A stretch of 64,000 nt of DNA from contig OZ251227.1 of NCBI GenBank assembly GCA_965240325.2, forward strand, positions 124,001 to 188,000, read 5' to 3'. This stretch comes from Rebecca billardiae RCC1528 (lineage: Eukaryota > Protista > Haptophyta). The position numbers and the translations under genes were made by a program. Each line of letters begins with the position of its first letter. Within the stretch, counting starts at the first letter, position 1. Under the pieces are notes generated by a model. The model was not told the DNA's origin. It made no database searches and saw only the letters and a program-made list of their open reading frames with translations. Below, piece by piece: positions 1-11,765 of the stretch.

Positions 1-52
1 CCCGCGGCCGGCGCGCCCGCCGCGGCCGGCGCGGCGGCGGGCGCGGCCGAGT

Positions 53-83
<31 letters not shown>

Positions 84-2093
84 TGCGTGCTCGGCGGGCC
101 GCGCGCGCTTCCTCGCGCGCGGCGGTGGCGCGAGGCGCGCAACGGCGCACTCCACGGCCGCGCGCCACCGCCGCGCCCAGCCGGCGTCCACCATGAGCAG
201 CGCGGGCGCGGAGGGCGGCGCGGAGGGCGATGAGGGCGCGCGCGCCGCATCGGCGGCCGGCGCCGCCGCTGCGCCGCCCGCCGCCGCCTCCGCCGCTGCA
301 GACGCGCCCGCCGCGCCGAGCGCGCTCGCGAGCGCGGCGGCGGCGGCGGGCGGCAGCGGCAGGCCCGCGTCCGCCAGCGCGAGCGCGTCGAGCCGCAGGC
401 TCCGCTGCGCACGCCGCGCGGCGCGGCGCGGGCGGTGAGCGCGCGCACGGGCGCGGTGAGGGAGGGCGCGCGGCGCGGCCGGCGGCGCGCGCTCGGCGCG
501 GCGCGCGGCCGGCGGCGCGCGCTCGGTCGAGCGCCGCCGCGCGCACCAGCCGCTGCGCGCGCGCCGCGGCCGCCTCGTCGGCGGACGCGGCGCACTCGTC
601 GCACGCGGGCTGCGCGTCGTGCAGCTCGGTGCTCCGCGGGAACAGCTGCAGCACCGCCTCCCACGTCGGCCCGTCGACCAGCCGCGTGTGCGCGCGCGCG
701 TGCCGCCGCCCGTGTGCGCACAGCGCGGCGCTGTTCGCGTCCGCGCCCAGCTCGGCGCGCGCGCAGCTGGCTTGCACGCGGCGCACGGTCGACTCGGCCA
801 GGTGGAAGGTGCGCTGCGCCGGCGCGTCGGCGGCCGCGCCCGCGCCCGGCGCCGCGCCGCGCGCACGCGCGCCGAGCCGCGCCTTCAGCGCCGCCATCGC
901 GCCTCGGCTCGCGGCCGCGGCCGCCGCGCCCGCGAGCTGCGCGCGCGTGCACGGCACGCAGTAGCAGCGGGGCGCGCTCGGCCGCGCGCCCGCGGGGCTG
1001 ACGCCGTGCGCGCGCACGAGCGCGTCGTACACGGGCGCGCGCACGCGCTTGGCCCGCGCCGCCGCCGCCGGGTGCAGCCGGCCGTGCGGGCACAGCAGCG
1101 CCGACAGCTCGATTGGCCCGAGCACTGACGCAGGCGCGCGCGCTGACGCAGGCGCGCGCGCTGACGCAGGCGCGCGCGCTGACGCAGGCGCGCGCGCTGA
1201 CGCAGGCGCGCGCGCTGACGCAGGCGCGCGCGCTGACGCAGGCGCGCGCGCTGACGCAGGCGCGCGAGCGCCGGCCGGCGCGCCGCCGCCGCCGCCGCCG
1301 TCCGCGCCGCCGTCCGCGCCGCCGCCGAAGCCGAGCTCGGCGGCGGCGGCGGCGTCGAGCTCGGCGTGCGACCAGAGCTCGAGCCACGCGCTCGGCACCC
1401 AGCAGTACCCGCCCTCGCCCGCCTCGTCCGCCGCGGACCGCTTGGCGGCGGCGGCGGCGGGCGCGGCCGCGCCGTGCGCCCGACCGGCCGCGCGCCGCTT
1501 GTGCGCGCGCCCGCCGTCCGCGCCCGCCGCGTCGCGCGCCGCCGCGGCCTCCTCGGCGTCCCACGCGGCGAGCGCGGCGCGCGACGCGCGCACGCTCTCC
1601 TCCGCGCCCGGCGGCTCGAGCTGCGCCGACAGCGCGCCCACCTCGCGCCGCCGCGCCTCGAGCGCCGCCTCGAGCGCCGCGCCGCGCGACGCCCAGCCGT
1701 CAGCGGCCGCGCGCAGCGTCGCGGCCTCGGCGCGCAGGGCGGCGCAGAGCGGCACGGGCGGGGCGGGCGGGCCCGCACGCGCCTCGCCGGGCGGCGGCGC
1801 GGCGCGCACCCGGCGGTACACCAGCATGTACGCGCTCGTCGAGGTGAACGTCGCGCAGTCGCCGCCGCCCGCCGCCGCCGCCGCCGCCTCGGCCTCGGCG
1901 GCGCGCGGCGCGGGCGCCGCGCGCGCCGCGTCGGCGGGCGCGCACGCGCCGCTGCGGCTGCTGCCGCCGCACGCGCTGTCGACGGCGGCGGCCGCGGGAG
2001 CGGCGGCCTCGCCGCGTGCGCTGCTCGGCTCGGGCGCCGCGGTGGCCCCGCCACGCGCCTTGCCACCGGCGCGCGCCCGGCGCGCCCCCGCGC

Positions 2094-2124
<31 letters not shown>

Positions 2125-3486
2125 GCGCCGCGCTCGCGAGCCGCCCGCCGCCGGCTCGGCGTCCGCGCCGGCGTCGGCGGCGGGGCTGGTCGCTCGCGCG
2201 CGCCTAGGCGGGCGTGCGCCCACGGCCGCCTGCTCCGCGCCGCCGCCCGCACCCGCGCCGCGCACGCCCGAGCGAACGGCCGAGCGCGAGCGCGGCCGAG
2301 CGGGCGGCGCGCTCGGCGCGGCGCGGCGCGCGCCGCCCGCCGCGTCAGCGTGCTCGCCGTCGTCGGCGTGCTCCGCGCCGCCCACGCCGCCGCGCGCGCC
2401 CGCCTCGGCGGGCGCCGCCCCCTCCGCCGCCTCCGCCGCCGCGCCCTCCGCGCCGCCCGCCCCCTGCTGCCCCTGCCCCTGCCCCTGCTGCTGCCCCTGC
2501 CCCTGCTGCTGCCCCTGCTGCTGCTGCTGCTCTGCGCGGCCGTGCGCGCGCTGGCGCTGCTTCTCTCTGGCCGTGCGCGCCGTGTCGGTGGGCCCGCGGA
2601 CGTAGCAGACGGCCTCGTCGTTGAGGTGGACCCAGGGCCACTCGCGCACGTCGGGCGGCGCGCGCGCGTCGCCGCCCTCCGCCGCCGCGCCCGCGCCCGC
2701 CTCCGCCGCGTCGCCCGCCGCCGCGGCCGCGGCCGCGCCGCCGCGCTCGGCCGCGGCCGCGCCGCCGCCCTCGAGCTCGGGGTCGCGGCGCACGGTGGCG
2801 ATGTAGTGCCCGCTCTGCGCGGCGTTGCCCAGGTGCGAGAGCACCGCGCACAGCTCGTACACCGCCTCCCCGTCCGCCCCCGCGCCCTCGCACCACGCGC
2901 CCAGCCGCAGCCGCTCCGGGAAGGAAAACGGTTCGGCGGTCTTGCGCCGCGCGCCAGACGCGAGGTCGTACGCGTAGCGCAGGAGCTGCAGCGTGAGGAC
3001 GGGGGGCAGCGCGCGGAGGACGGTGCGGCGCGTGGCGTCGCACTTCCTCGCGCACGCCGCGCACGCGTACTGGTCCGCCCCGCTCAGCTCCTCCGCGCCG
3101 AGGCACGCGGCGAGCGCGCCCTGCAGCGTGCGCTGCCCTCGCACAGGCAGCTCAAGGGCGTAGAAGGGGTGGGTGCGGCAGGAGTTGTCGGAGAGGCGGG
3201 CGCAGCCGCTGCACCGCGTCTCGTGCGAGAGCTGCCCGGCGAACGTCCGCGGCACCGCCTCCCGCGCCGCCCGCCCCAGCCCCGCGCACGCCTGCAGCCG
3301 CCCGTCCACAAAGCTGAGCAGCAGCTGGAGGAACTCCTGCGCGTCTTGCTGCAGGGACGCGTTCAGCCGCAGGGCGCGCACGAGGGCGTGCGGCCGGACG
3401 AGGAGGGGCGCGCCGCACTGGAGGCGCGCGAAGGTCTCCTGCAGCTCGGTGAGCACGCACTGCGAGCCGCCGCCGCCGCCACCCTC

Positions 3487-3517
<31 letters not shown>

Positions 3518-4020
3518 GCCGCCGGCTCGCGCGGCCACGCGTACAGCGCGGCGCGGATCTCGGCGTGCATGAAGAGCATCTGCAGCAGCGCGTTCATGTA
3601 GCACGTGTTGCCCAGGTTCGCCAGCCCCGCGTGCCCGCGCGCGATCAGCGGCTCCTCCGACTGCGCGCGCGCGCGCGCGCGAACCCGCGTGCGGCCCGCC
3701 CGCGTCACGCGTGCGCGCGCGCGCGCGGCGCGCGCGCCGCGATGCCGGCGGCGGGCGCGGGCGCGTACCACGAGCTCGCGCAGCTCGAGCCGCGGGTCCG
3801 CGCCGAGCGTCGCCAGCGCAGCGGGCTTCTTCGCCCAGCACCCCTTGGTGCGCGCGTAGAAGAGGCATGACGGGTTGCGCGCGCAGTTGCTCGGCTTGCG
3901 CGCATGCGAGCGGCGGCTGCACTCGAGGTGCTCGGCGTACTGCTCGCGCAGCAGCGCGTCGGTGAGCGTGCCGTCCCACGCCGTCGGCGCGGGGGATGGC
4001 GACGGCCGGCTCCGGCGCAT
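1..4020 (-). CDS. USP48: Ubiquitin-specific protease, USP48/UBP26-like (3' end runs off the window start; intron 3661-3768)
   Basis: Read by hand, not in the ORF track. ATG at 4020; NCARNPSC N-terminal motif; Cys box GLANLGNTCYMNALLQMLF; His box YELCAVLSHLGNAAQSGHY...WVHLNDE; SAYMLVYRR; DUSP-like WVPSAWLELW...GPIELSALLCPHG; GT-AG intron of 108 nt. Confidence 0.85.
1125..1268. repeat. 18-bp tandem repeat x8 (CTGACGCAGGCGCGCGCG), coding (ARAPAS)8 in the USP
   Basis: Units start at 1125, 1143, ... 1251; only the last unit differs, near its end. Confidence 0.95.
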
Positions 4021-4178
4021 CACGCTCGGCGTCGGCGCAGCTCGCGAGGGTCCGCCGAATCCGTCTCGGCCTCTTGGCCTTGAGCCTTCGGCGTTCGGGG
4101 TTCGGGTGCGCAGCGTCGGCCGCCACCCGCCGCCACCTCGGCACCCGTCCGCGAGCAAGCCGCCGCCGCACACACGCG

Positions 4179-4750
4179 ATGGGCCTCACGAACTCGAAGG
4201 CAGCGCCGCTCGAGTGCCCGGCCGTGCGGATCACGCCCGAGTACGGCTACGTGCTCATGGTGCTCGCGCTCTCGTGGGTTCTCAACATGTACCTCACCTT
4301 CCTCGTCGTGCAGGCGCGTGCGTGCGCGCGCGCGCACGGCGCGCAGCGCGCACGCGCGCGAGCGTGCGCGCTCACCGCCGCCGCGTCGGCTGGCACGCGC
4401 AGGCGCGGCGCAAGTACAACGTCAAGTACCCCACGCTGTACGCCCCCGACTCGCACCCCTCCGCGGACGCGTTCAACTCGGTGCAGCGCGCGCACCAGAA
4501 CACGCTCGAGACGTGGGCGCCGGTGATGCTGCTGATGCTCGGCGTGGGCGTGCCCGCCCCGCGCGAGGCGGCGTCGTGCGGGCTGCTGTGGGTGCTCGGC
4601 CGCTTCGCGTACGGCGCCGGGTACGCGGCGAAAGGGCCGGAGGGCCGGCTGCTCGGCTTCATGGCCGCGACGTTTGGCGGGCAGTTCCCGCTGATCGGCC
4701 TGGCCGCGTACCACGGGGCCAAGATGGCGGCCGTGCTGCGCGCAGCCTGA
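4179..4750 (+). CDS. MAPEG family protein (microsomal glutathione S-transferase 3-like); intron 4314-4402
   Basis: EYGYVL...VVQ|ARRKYNVKYPTLYA...FNSVQRAHQNTLE...GRFAYGAGY; the GC-AG splice CAG|GCGCGT...GCAG| joins the frames (45 + 116 codons). Confidence 0.9.
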
Positions 4751-4902
4751 GCCCGCTCAGGCGGGGCGTCGCAGCGCCTCCTGTGCCGTAGCAGAGGTGG
4801 GGGGAGCGGCCCTGTCGCGCGCTGAGTACTAGCTCGGCGCGCCCGGCCTGGGCGCCCGCCCAGTGGCGGCATCCGCGCACTGGCGCGTTCGGCGGCGTTG
4901 AC

Positions 4903-5815
4903 GGCCTGTTTTATTTCTACGAGAGCCCAACGGCGACATTCGCCAAAACGCGGGTAAAATGGCGGCTTGCGGCTTGCCCGCTGGTGGGTGCCGGCGCAAT
5001 TGCAGAGTAGTGATGGCACGTCGTTGGCGCATGTTCGTACTAGGGCGCTGAGCTGTAGCGAAAGGTGTTGCCAAGACATGCTGCTTGCTTCGCCATGACA
5101 CAGAGGTCACTCGCAGCGCACGGCAGTGTGACGATCGCCACGCCGCGGCAGCAGACCGCAGTAGTTGCGACTTGCGGGCGCGCTGCAAGCTGCAAGCACT
5201 CTGCCTTGGCTGCGTCGCGCCCGTGTCAGCTGGTGAACCAGGATACTTGAACAACAGATGGACTGCAAATGATTCCAGCTCTACTCGGTCCGCCACCACT
5301 TCCTTGTCGAGCGTGAGATGTTTCTGTTGCGTGCGCTCGCATGCAGCTACTGCCGGCCTGCATTTGAACGTGGTCACGGCAGGTTGGTGGGCCGGTTGCT
5401 GAAGCCTCCTCGGCGTAGATGACGACAAGGTGCGTGCCACGCGCACCCATGACGCGCGGAAAGGCGTGCACACGCGTCCTCGCGCATCTAGCAGGCTGCA
5501 GTCTTGGACAAGATGATGAGAACAAGCCTGCCAGTGCCTCGCCGCGCGGGCGCGAGCGCGCGGAGAGTTCTAGGATCCGACCCATGGTGTTGGGTGTACC
5601 TCGTGTGCGACAATGGCGAGGCGGACGAGAGCCGCAACTGGATTCCTGCACTCACCGGTCACTGAGGAGTGCAGGAATCGCGTTCCTCGCGCACGTGGGG
5701 GCCGCCATCGGCCGTGAGAGGTACACCCAACGGGGCGTGACACCGATTCCCACTGGCGGCCAAGGGTTTGTCGCCGTGACATAGTAAATGGAATCTGGTA
5801 GAAATAAAACAGGCC
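4903..5815. mobile_element. Non-autonomous TIR DNA transposon (913 bp), 18-bp TIR, 4-bp TSD TGAC
   Basis: GGCCTGTTTTATTTCTAC at 4903-4920 and its perfect reverse complement at 5798-5815; TGAC on both flanks; lower-GC interior with no credible ORF. Confidence 0.85.
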
Positions 5816-6459
5816 TGACCTTGCTGACGCTGGGTCGCCGCGGAGGCCGAGGCCCGTGGCCCGCCATCGCCGTCAAGCGCACATCGGCACAGCGCATCAA
5901 TCAGAGTGGCCCTGGTAGCAATAATTAGCGCAAATGTCTGTCATAATTTTCAAATGAATAATAATGATGATGGGGAAAATCGCATATCATTGCATATCGA
6001 TCGATCCGATGCGCGCGTCGCGTATGATATATATACTATATGCGCATATATGCATCTCATATATATATATATCATGACATAATAAGCTTAGACTATATAA
6101 TAAGCGCAGTCATATCATCATAATTAATACTGCGTCTGCTTACTGCTACCGGTCACCGGCCGAGATAGCACTTTTAGCAGCGCGCAGGACTCACAAGTCG
6201 TCGCGCGATTATAATCGGATACATGATCCGACTGGCGACTGCGCCTGGCAGGGCCTTGATCCGTTGATGCGCCCACCACGGTAGTTCAAGTTCACACTAC
6301 TGCTAGTTGCAGCTCGCCCACTCGCCAGCATCACCAGCATGTGGCCCGCGCCCATCGGCTGCCGCAGCCGTAACGATTACGAACGCGCCGCGGCCCGCCT
6401 GCGGGTGAGCCAGCTGGCCGTGCAGAGGGAGTAGGCGCCCGTGCCCGCCTCCTGGGTCC

Positions 6460-7545
6460 TCATCCCGCGCCGCGCGCCTTGCGCACCTTGCGCAGCGCGT
6501 ACGCCAGCGAGGTGCGCAGCCCGGCCGTGAGGACGCCCTTCAGGCTCTGCGTGGCGGAGGGGCCGCGCACGACGCGCGCCACGGCGCTCTGCACGGCGGC
6601 GCGCAGCGCGGGGCGCGGCGCTCGGGCAGCCGCGTGCACAGCGCCCGCGCTGGTGCTCCCAGGCGCGGCGAGCGCGCACACACGCTCGCGCACGCGCGGC
6701 GGCAGCGCAGCCAGCCGCAGCTCCGTCGTCTCCGCGCGCACGCACTGCTCAAGGCTGCGCTCGACCGCCGCACTCGGCGCGTGCGCGCCGCGGGCCTCCG
6801 CCGGCACGGCGCGCACCGCGGGCGCGCACGCCTCCACGGGGGGCGCGTACAGCCGGCGGAACTCCGCGAGGTGCGGCCGCACCAGCTTGTCCACCTTGCG
6901 CGGGTCCTCCGCGACGCCCATCCGCACGTCCCCCGCGTACGACAGCCCCGCGAGTGCGCGGTACAGCTCGAGCTCTGGGAAGTGCGCCGGCAGCTGCAGC
7001 AGCGCGGCTGAGAGCGCAGAGGCGTGGTTGGCGGCGAGGGCGCGCTCGAGGGGCTCGGGAGGGCCGACGAGCGTGCGCACGGGCTTGTGCAGCCGGCCGC
7101 TCACGTACAGCGTCTCCCAGCCGAGCAGGTCCGCGCTGAGGTCGGCCATGCTGATCACGCCATACTTGATCAGCCGGCCGGCCGGTGCGCGCGCTTCCGG
7201 GGCGGGGTGCGGCACGGCCGTGTTGAAGTAGACGCGCGCGCCGTAGGCCTGCTGCAAGTGCGCCACGGCGCGCGGGCCGAGCACGCCAAACGCAGAGTAG
7301 TGCGAGCGGTTGGCGCGCAGGTTCGCCGCGTGCCACGCGACCGGGTCGGCGACCGCAAAGAGGAAGTCGACCATCTTGCCCGCGTCCGCCGCACCCCCCT
7401 CGAGCTGCGCGCTGTCTCGCGCTGGTGCTGCGCCGCTGCACAGGTGCTGCTCGAACACGCCCGAGCCATACGCGACGGCGTAATCCATGGGCGGCATCGC
7501 GCGCACGACGGACGCGAGGAAGTCGTCCGTCGCGCTCGCCGCCAT
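6460..7545 (-). CDS. TAM41: Mitochondrial phosphatidate cytidylyltransferase Tam41
   Basis: AYGSGVFEQ, MVDFLFAV, WHAANLRANRSHYS, VYFNT, IKYGVIS, DLLGWETLYVSGRLHKPV, LSYAGDVRM, QSLKGVLTAG. Confidence 0.95.
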   Translation of the reverse strand: MAASATDDFLASVVRAMPPMDYAVAYGSGVFEQHLCSGAAPARDSAQLEGGAADAGKMVDFLFAVADPVAWHAANLRANRSHYSAFGVLGPRAVAHLQQAYGARVYFNTAVPHPAPEARAPAGRLIKYGVISMADLSADLLGWETLYVSGRLHKPVRTLVGPPEPLERALAANHASALSAALLQLPAHFPELELYRALAGLSYAGDVRMGVAEDPRKVDKLVRPHLAEFRRLYAPPVEACAPAVRAVPAEARGAHAPSAAVERSLEQCVRAETTELRLAALPPRVRERVCALAAPGSTSAGAVHAAARAPRPALRAAVQSAVARVVRGPSATQSLKGVLTAGLRTSLAYALRKVRKARGAG

Positions 7546-7707
7546 GCTGCCAGAGTGATTAATACTGATGGACGAGGAATCCGGCAATAAATCCAATCAT
7601 CTGCGGCCGGGCTGAAAGTTGGGCGGCGGGCGCGTCCGGCGGCATCAAAGCACATTCGTGCGCCGAGCGAGGGAGTCGGAGTCGTGGCGGGGTCCGGCGC
7701 GGCCGGG

Positions 7708-8094
7708 ATGGAGGCCGCCACGCAAGAGAGCGGGGCGGTGCCGAGGCGGCGATTAGAGCTGGTGTGCCGGCTGGGGGAGCAGCCAGTGGAGGAGGGTGCA
7801 CATGGCGACGGTCTGGAGAAGGTCTTCTACGAGGGCTACGTGCAGGAGCGCCGGCCGCAGCCGCGGTACGCGTTCGATGCGTACGGGTACGGCGGCCTCA
7901 CATCCGACTTTGGCCTCGGCATCGATGCCACGCTTGACTGGATCCTCGATCACGCGTACAACTCGTGGGGCGCCCCAAACAAGTGGCACCCGGCCACGAA
8001 CCTTGGCATGATGATCGAGTTCCGCATGTGGGGCAGCGACATCCCCATCGTGAGCGGGTTTGTAGAGGGCAGCTTTGGCTACCTCGCCCCCTGA
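7708..8094 (+). CDS. Hypothetical protein (128 aa, aromatic/Gly-rich)
   Basis: ATG 7708; GC3-rich, complex protein-like sequence; head-to-head with TAM41; no family recognised. Confidence 0.6.
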   Translation: MEAATQESGAVPRRRLELVCRLGEQPVEEGAHGDGLEKVFYEGYVQERRPQPRYAFDAYGYGGLTSDFGLGIDATLDWILDHAYNSWGAPNKWHPATNLGMMIEFRMWGSDIPIVSGFVEGSFGYLAP

Positions 8095-9272
8095 CCCGCA
8101 GCCTCCCGGGGACGTCACGGCAAGCACCACGCACCGAGTGTGGTGTCTGCTCACAGGCCACCCGCGGGCGGAGCCACCTCATCCGTCGCAGGCCCAGCTG
8201 TCGCATCCCCGGGCCGCCTCAAGCGATTACGATTGCGTCATGCCGGGCGATGGCGATGGCGGCGATGGCCGGCACGATCGCGAGCATCAGCACTCCGAGC
8301 GCCCGACGTCCGGACGGTCCGGACACTGTCACTGGACAGCGCAGTCGCACGTCGTCACGCGCGATCGCCGATATATACAGCATATTTAACGTCGTGCTGG
8401 CATGCATCAATGGGCAGCAGGTGCGCCGCGCTGATCAGGCTATTTGTAATTTATTACTAATTAGTGAGTCGGATGCGTCATTGACATTGGAGTCCGAGTA
8501 GTCCGACGAGCGCATAAATCACCCATAAGCTGTCGATCGATCTGTCGTCATCTGAGTCAGCCCAACGTGCGCGGCCGAGGCCCGAGCCGCAGGCTGAGGC
8601 GGCGCGGCACAGCCGCAGCGCCGAGCTCACAGCAGCAGTCACGGACACGGCACACGGGCACGGCCACACGGGACCGCTCAGCCTCAGTGTCCGACTCGGA
8701 CTCCGTCAGGCGTCAGACGCTGAGTCAGTGAGTCACTCGGACACGAGCTGCCGCCGAGTCATGGGCATGGCCTGCCACGAGCATATATGTGCGCGCACAG
8801 GCGCATGCGCACTCAGTCTCACAGCTAGCTCTGTGCTCGACCGTACAGCTCACTGACTCAGCAGTCAGTCGTCGTCGTGATTATAATTATATTAAAACTA
8901 TAATATATATGCATATATATTTATTATTAACTGATCGTCATTATCAGCCGCATCATATATATATGCCTACCATACGTCGTTAAATATATTATATATATGC
9001 CTGATATGAGTAGATGACTAATAGATATATGATCAGATGAAATAATGAATTGACCGACTCTGAGCATCATGATGAAATATGAATTCATGACGATGATGCA
9101 CTGATGACGACGCAGGCATCAGCATGCATGACTCCGCCGATCCGACCGTGCTGCGGCCGAGTCGCTATAGTACCGCCCGCAGTATATGCCGTACGCAGCC
9201 ACCGACGGACAGCGTGAACGTCGGCAGCGCGCCAGCCGACAAGGCTCACCAGGCCAAGGTGGGACCACCTCG

Positions 9273-11558
9273 TCAGCACACGAGGCGCAGGCACCTGCGC
9301 CCCTTCCGCCGGCAGTAGCGGATGCAGCCGAAGAGGGCCCCCCCGCCGGCGGGCGCGCCCGGGTCCGCCGCGCCCTCCGCCTCGCCGTGCAGCGGGAACA
9401 GCTCCATCACCGACTGCACGTCGAGCGGCCGCCCCGCGTCGACAATGTCGAGCGCGAGCTCGAGCGCCTCCTCCGAGCGCGGCTCGTCCACGCCCTCGCA
9501 CGCCTGCACGCACCGCAGGATCAGCAGCCGCTCGCCCACGTCGACGGAGCGGTCGGCGGCGAGCGCGACGAAGAGCATGCGCAGCGTGAGCTGCTGCGCG
9601 AGCGCGTGCAGCCGCATCAGCCCGACCACGAGCGCGTCGGCGTTGTCCAGCTCCGCGCCCTTGAGCGGCGTGCCCACCAGCCGCGCGAGGTGCTGCAGGA
9701 TGAGCACGCACGTCGGGTGGTGCGCCTCGATCGAGACGATCGCGACGCCGACCGCGCGGTACAGGCTAAGCCGCACGTCCGGCGTGACGCGGTGCGTGCC
9801 GAACGCGAGGACGAGCGCGTCGACGACGTTCGCGGTGAGCTGCGGCGAGAGCGCGATCGCGAGCACGTCGATGAGCGTGAGGTGCATCACCATCCCGTCG
9901 ATGAAGCCCATCACCGGCACCGCCACCCAGCGCAGCACCTGCTTGGTCGCCGCGCGCGCGAGTGCTCGCTTCACGAGGATCTTGGCAACCATCGTCGCGA
10001 TGCTCGCCTTCGCCTTCCACAGCACCGCGGCGAGGAAGAGGCGCAGCCGGCTCGCCCGGCGCAGCGGGTTGATCCCCAGCTTCGGGTCGCGCTCGGTCGG
10101 GTGCCCCAGCTGCAGCGCCGAGCGCGCGAGCGCGCCGATGATGAACGCGCGCTCCGAGTCGAGTGGCGTGAGCGAGAGCCCGACGCTCTGCGACATGCGC
10201 ATCGCCGCGCGCAGCGCCATGTAGTAGAGCGCGCTCACCTCGAAGCACGACGCGAGCATCACGACCAGCCCCTCCACCACGAGCAGCCACGTCAGCGCCG
10301 CCAGCGCCTGCGCGAGCAGCCCCCTCGAGGCCGCCTCCTCCGCGGCCGCGGCCGCGCGCGCGTCCGCCTCGCCGCCCTCGGGCTGGCCCAGCAGCACGCG
10401 CGCGATCGGCTCGGCCCACGTCGAGATGGTCGCGGCGAGCGCGCCGACGACGAAGGCGAAGAGCTCGGCCCACCTGCGGATGTGCCGCGTGTGCTCGAGC
10501 AGCTGCGCCGAGTCGATGTTCTTCCGCCGCCAGCTCGGCAGCTTCGCCCGTGTGAGCTGCGAGATGCGCGTGAGCTTTACGCGGCCGCGCTGCAGCGCCG
10601 CGACGCGCCTCGCAGACGCGGGCGAGAGAGCGCGCGCGGGCGCGGCAGCGGGCGCGGCGGGCGCGGGCGCGGCGGCGCGCGCGGCGGGCGTCGGCGCGCG
10701 CGTCGGCGCCGCGCGCGCCTTCTTCCGCCCGCCCTTGTCCAGCGCGAGCATCAGCTGCGCGCCCATCCGCTCGCCCATCTGCATCGTGCTGAGCGTGCGC
10801 AGCTGCTCCACCTCGAGACCAAACTGGTCGGTCGGCGTGTTCGACACCCACGTGGGCTCGATGACGAGCTCGGAGAGGTTGATCGGCGCGGGCGAGCGCG
10901 TGGGCGAGAGCAGCGCCGGCAGCTCCCGCCGCCGCGGCGCGCGCGCCGGCGAGCCCGGCGAGCGCGGAGAGCCCGGCGCGCCCGGCGGCGCCGGCTCGGG
11001 CTGCGCGTTGCCACTGTGCGCCGCCACCGCCTCGACGAGGACGGCCGCGAGCTCGACGGGCGAGACGACGCCCGAGCCGTCGGTGTCGATGAAGGTGAAG
11101 AGTTCGGCGTGCTCCTCGTCCGTCGCCACGACGCCCATGCGCGTCAGCGCGCGCCGCAGCTCGGCCTGGTCGAGGTCGCCGTTGTCGTCCGCGTCCACCT
11201 CCGCAAAGCCGGCCGCCAGCGTGCGCATCCACGAGACGCTGAGCGAGCGGGGCAGCCCGTAGTCGGCGGTGAGCGCGACGAATTGCTCGATCGTCACGGT
11301 GTCGCCGGTCGCGTAGTAGATCACCTCGCTCAGCAGCTGGTCCGCCGGCATGCCCAGCAGGCGCAGGAGCGCGCGCAGCTGCGACCACGTCAGCCGGCCG
11401 TCGCGGTCCGCGTCCGCGAGCTCGAACGCCGTGCGGAGGCGCTCCGCCTCGGCGAGCAGCTCGTCTGCACCGAGCACGGCCTCGTCCGCCTCGTCCGCCT
11501 CGGGTGCCTCCTCGACCAACGTGAGCGCCTCCTCATGCAGCGGCTCGTACGTCGCCAT
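9273..11558 (-). CDS. Calmodulin-like EF-hand protein fused to an uncharacterised multi-TM domain
   Basis: EF loops DADRDGRLTWSQL, DADDNGDLDQAEL, DTDGSGVVSPVEL; C-terminal hydrophobic segments with ALARSALQLGHP...LGINPLR...LWKAK...WVAVPV. Confidence 0.8.
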   Translation of the reverse strand: MATYEPLHEEALTLVEEAPEADEADEAVLGADELLAEAERLRTAFELADADRDGRLTWSQLRALLRLLGMPADQLLSEVIYYATGDTVTIEQFVALTADYGLPRSLSVSWMRTLAAGFAEVDADDNGDLDQAELRRALTRMGVVATDEEHAELFTFIDTDGSGVVSPVELAAVLVEAVAAHSGNAQPEPAPPGAPGSPRSPGSPARAPRRRELPALLSPTRSPAPINLSELVIEPTWVSNTPTDQFGLEVEQLRTLSTMQMGERMGAQLMLALDKGGRKKARAAPTRAPTPAARAAAPAPAAPAAAPARALSPASARRVAALQRGRVKLTRISQLTRAKLPSWRRKNIDSAQLLEHTRHIRRWAELFAFVVGALAATISTWAEPIARVLLGQPEGGEADARAAAAAEEAASRGLLAQALAALTWLLVVEGLVVMLASCFEVSALYYMALRAAMRMSQSVGLSLTPLDSERAFIIGALARSALQLGHPTERDPKLGINPLRRASRLRLFLAAVLWKAKASIATMVAKILVKRALARAATKQVLRWVAVPVMGFIDGMVMHLTLIDVLAIALSPQLTANVVDALVLAFGTHRVTPDVRLSLYRAVGVAIVSIEAHHPTCVLILQHLARLVGTPLKGAELDNADALVVGLMRLHALAQQLTLRMLFVALAADRSVDVGERLLILRCVQACEGVDEPRSEEALELALDIVDAGRPLDVQSVMELFPLHGEAEGAADPGAPAGGGALFGCIRYCRRKGRRCLRLVC

Positions 11559-11765
11559 TCGGCTCGCGGTCTCGGCCCGGGCCGGCGCGGCGACGAAAAG
11601 CGCGCACCGATGCGCTGAAAGCACTGCACCACCGGACCACAGGTCTTGCTGTACTCTGGACTGTTCCCAGGGACCACCATTGTGAATGCAGAGAAGAAGG
11701 CTGGAACCGCGGCCGTCATCAACAGGCTTGGCTCTGGCCCCGATCGCGCACCTTCCTCCATCTGC

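Noticed and set aside
1125-1268. CRISPR array
   Set aside because: Units are contiguous with no spacers and lie inside a coding frame
193-3870. Long plus-strand Arg/Ala/Pro-rich ORFs (also 9186-11618, 15615-18542, 49324-53136 and most of 53395-58434)
   Set aside because: Antisense or off-frame shadows of real genes; stop codons are rare at this GC content and no motifs are present
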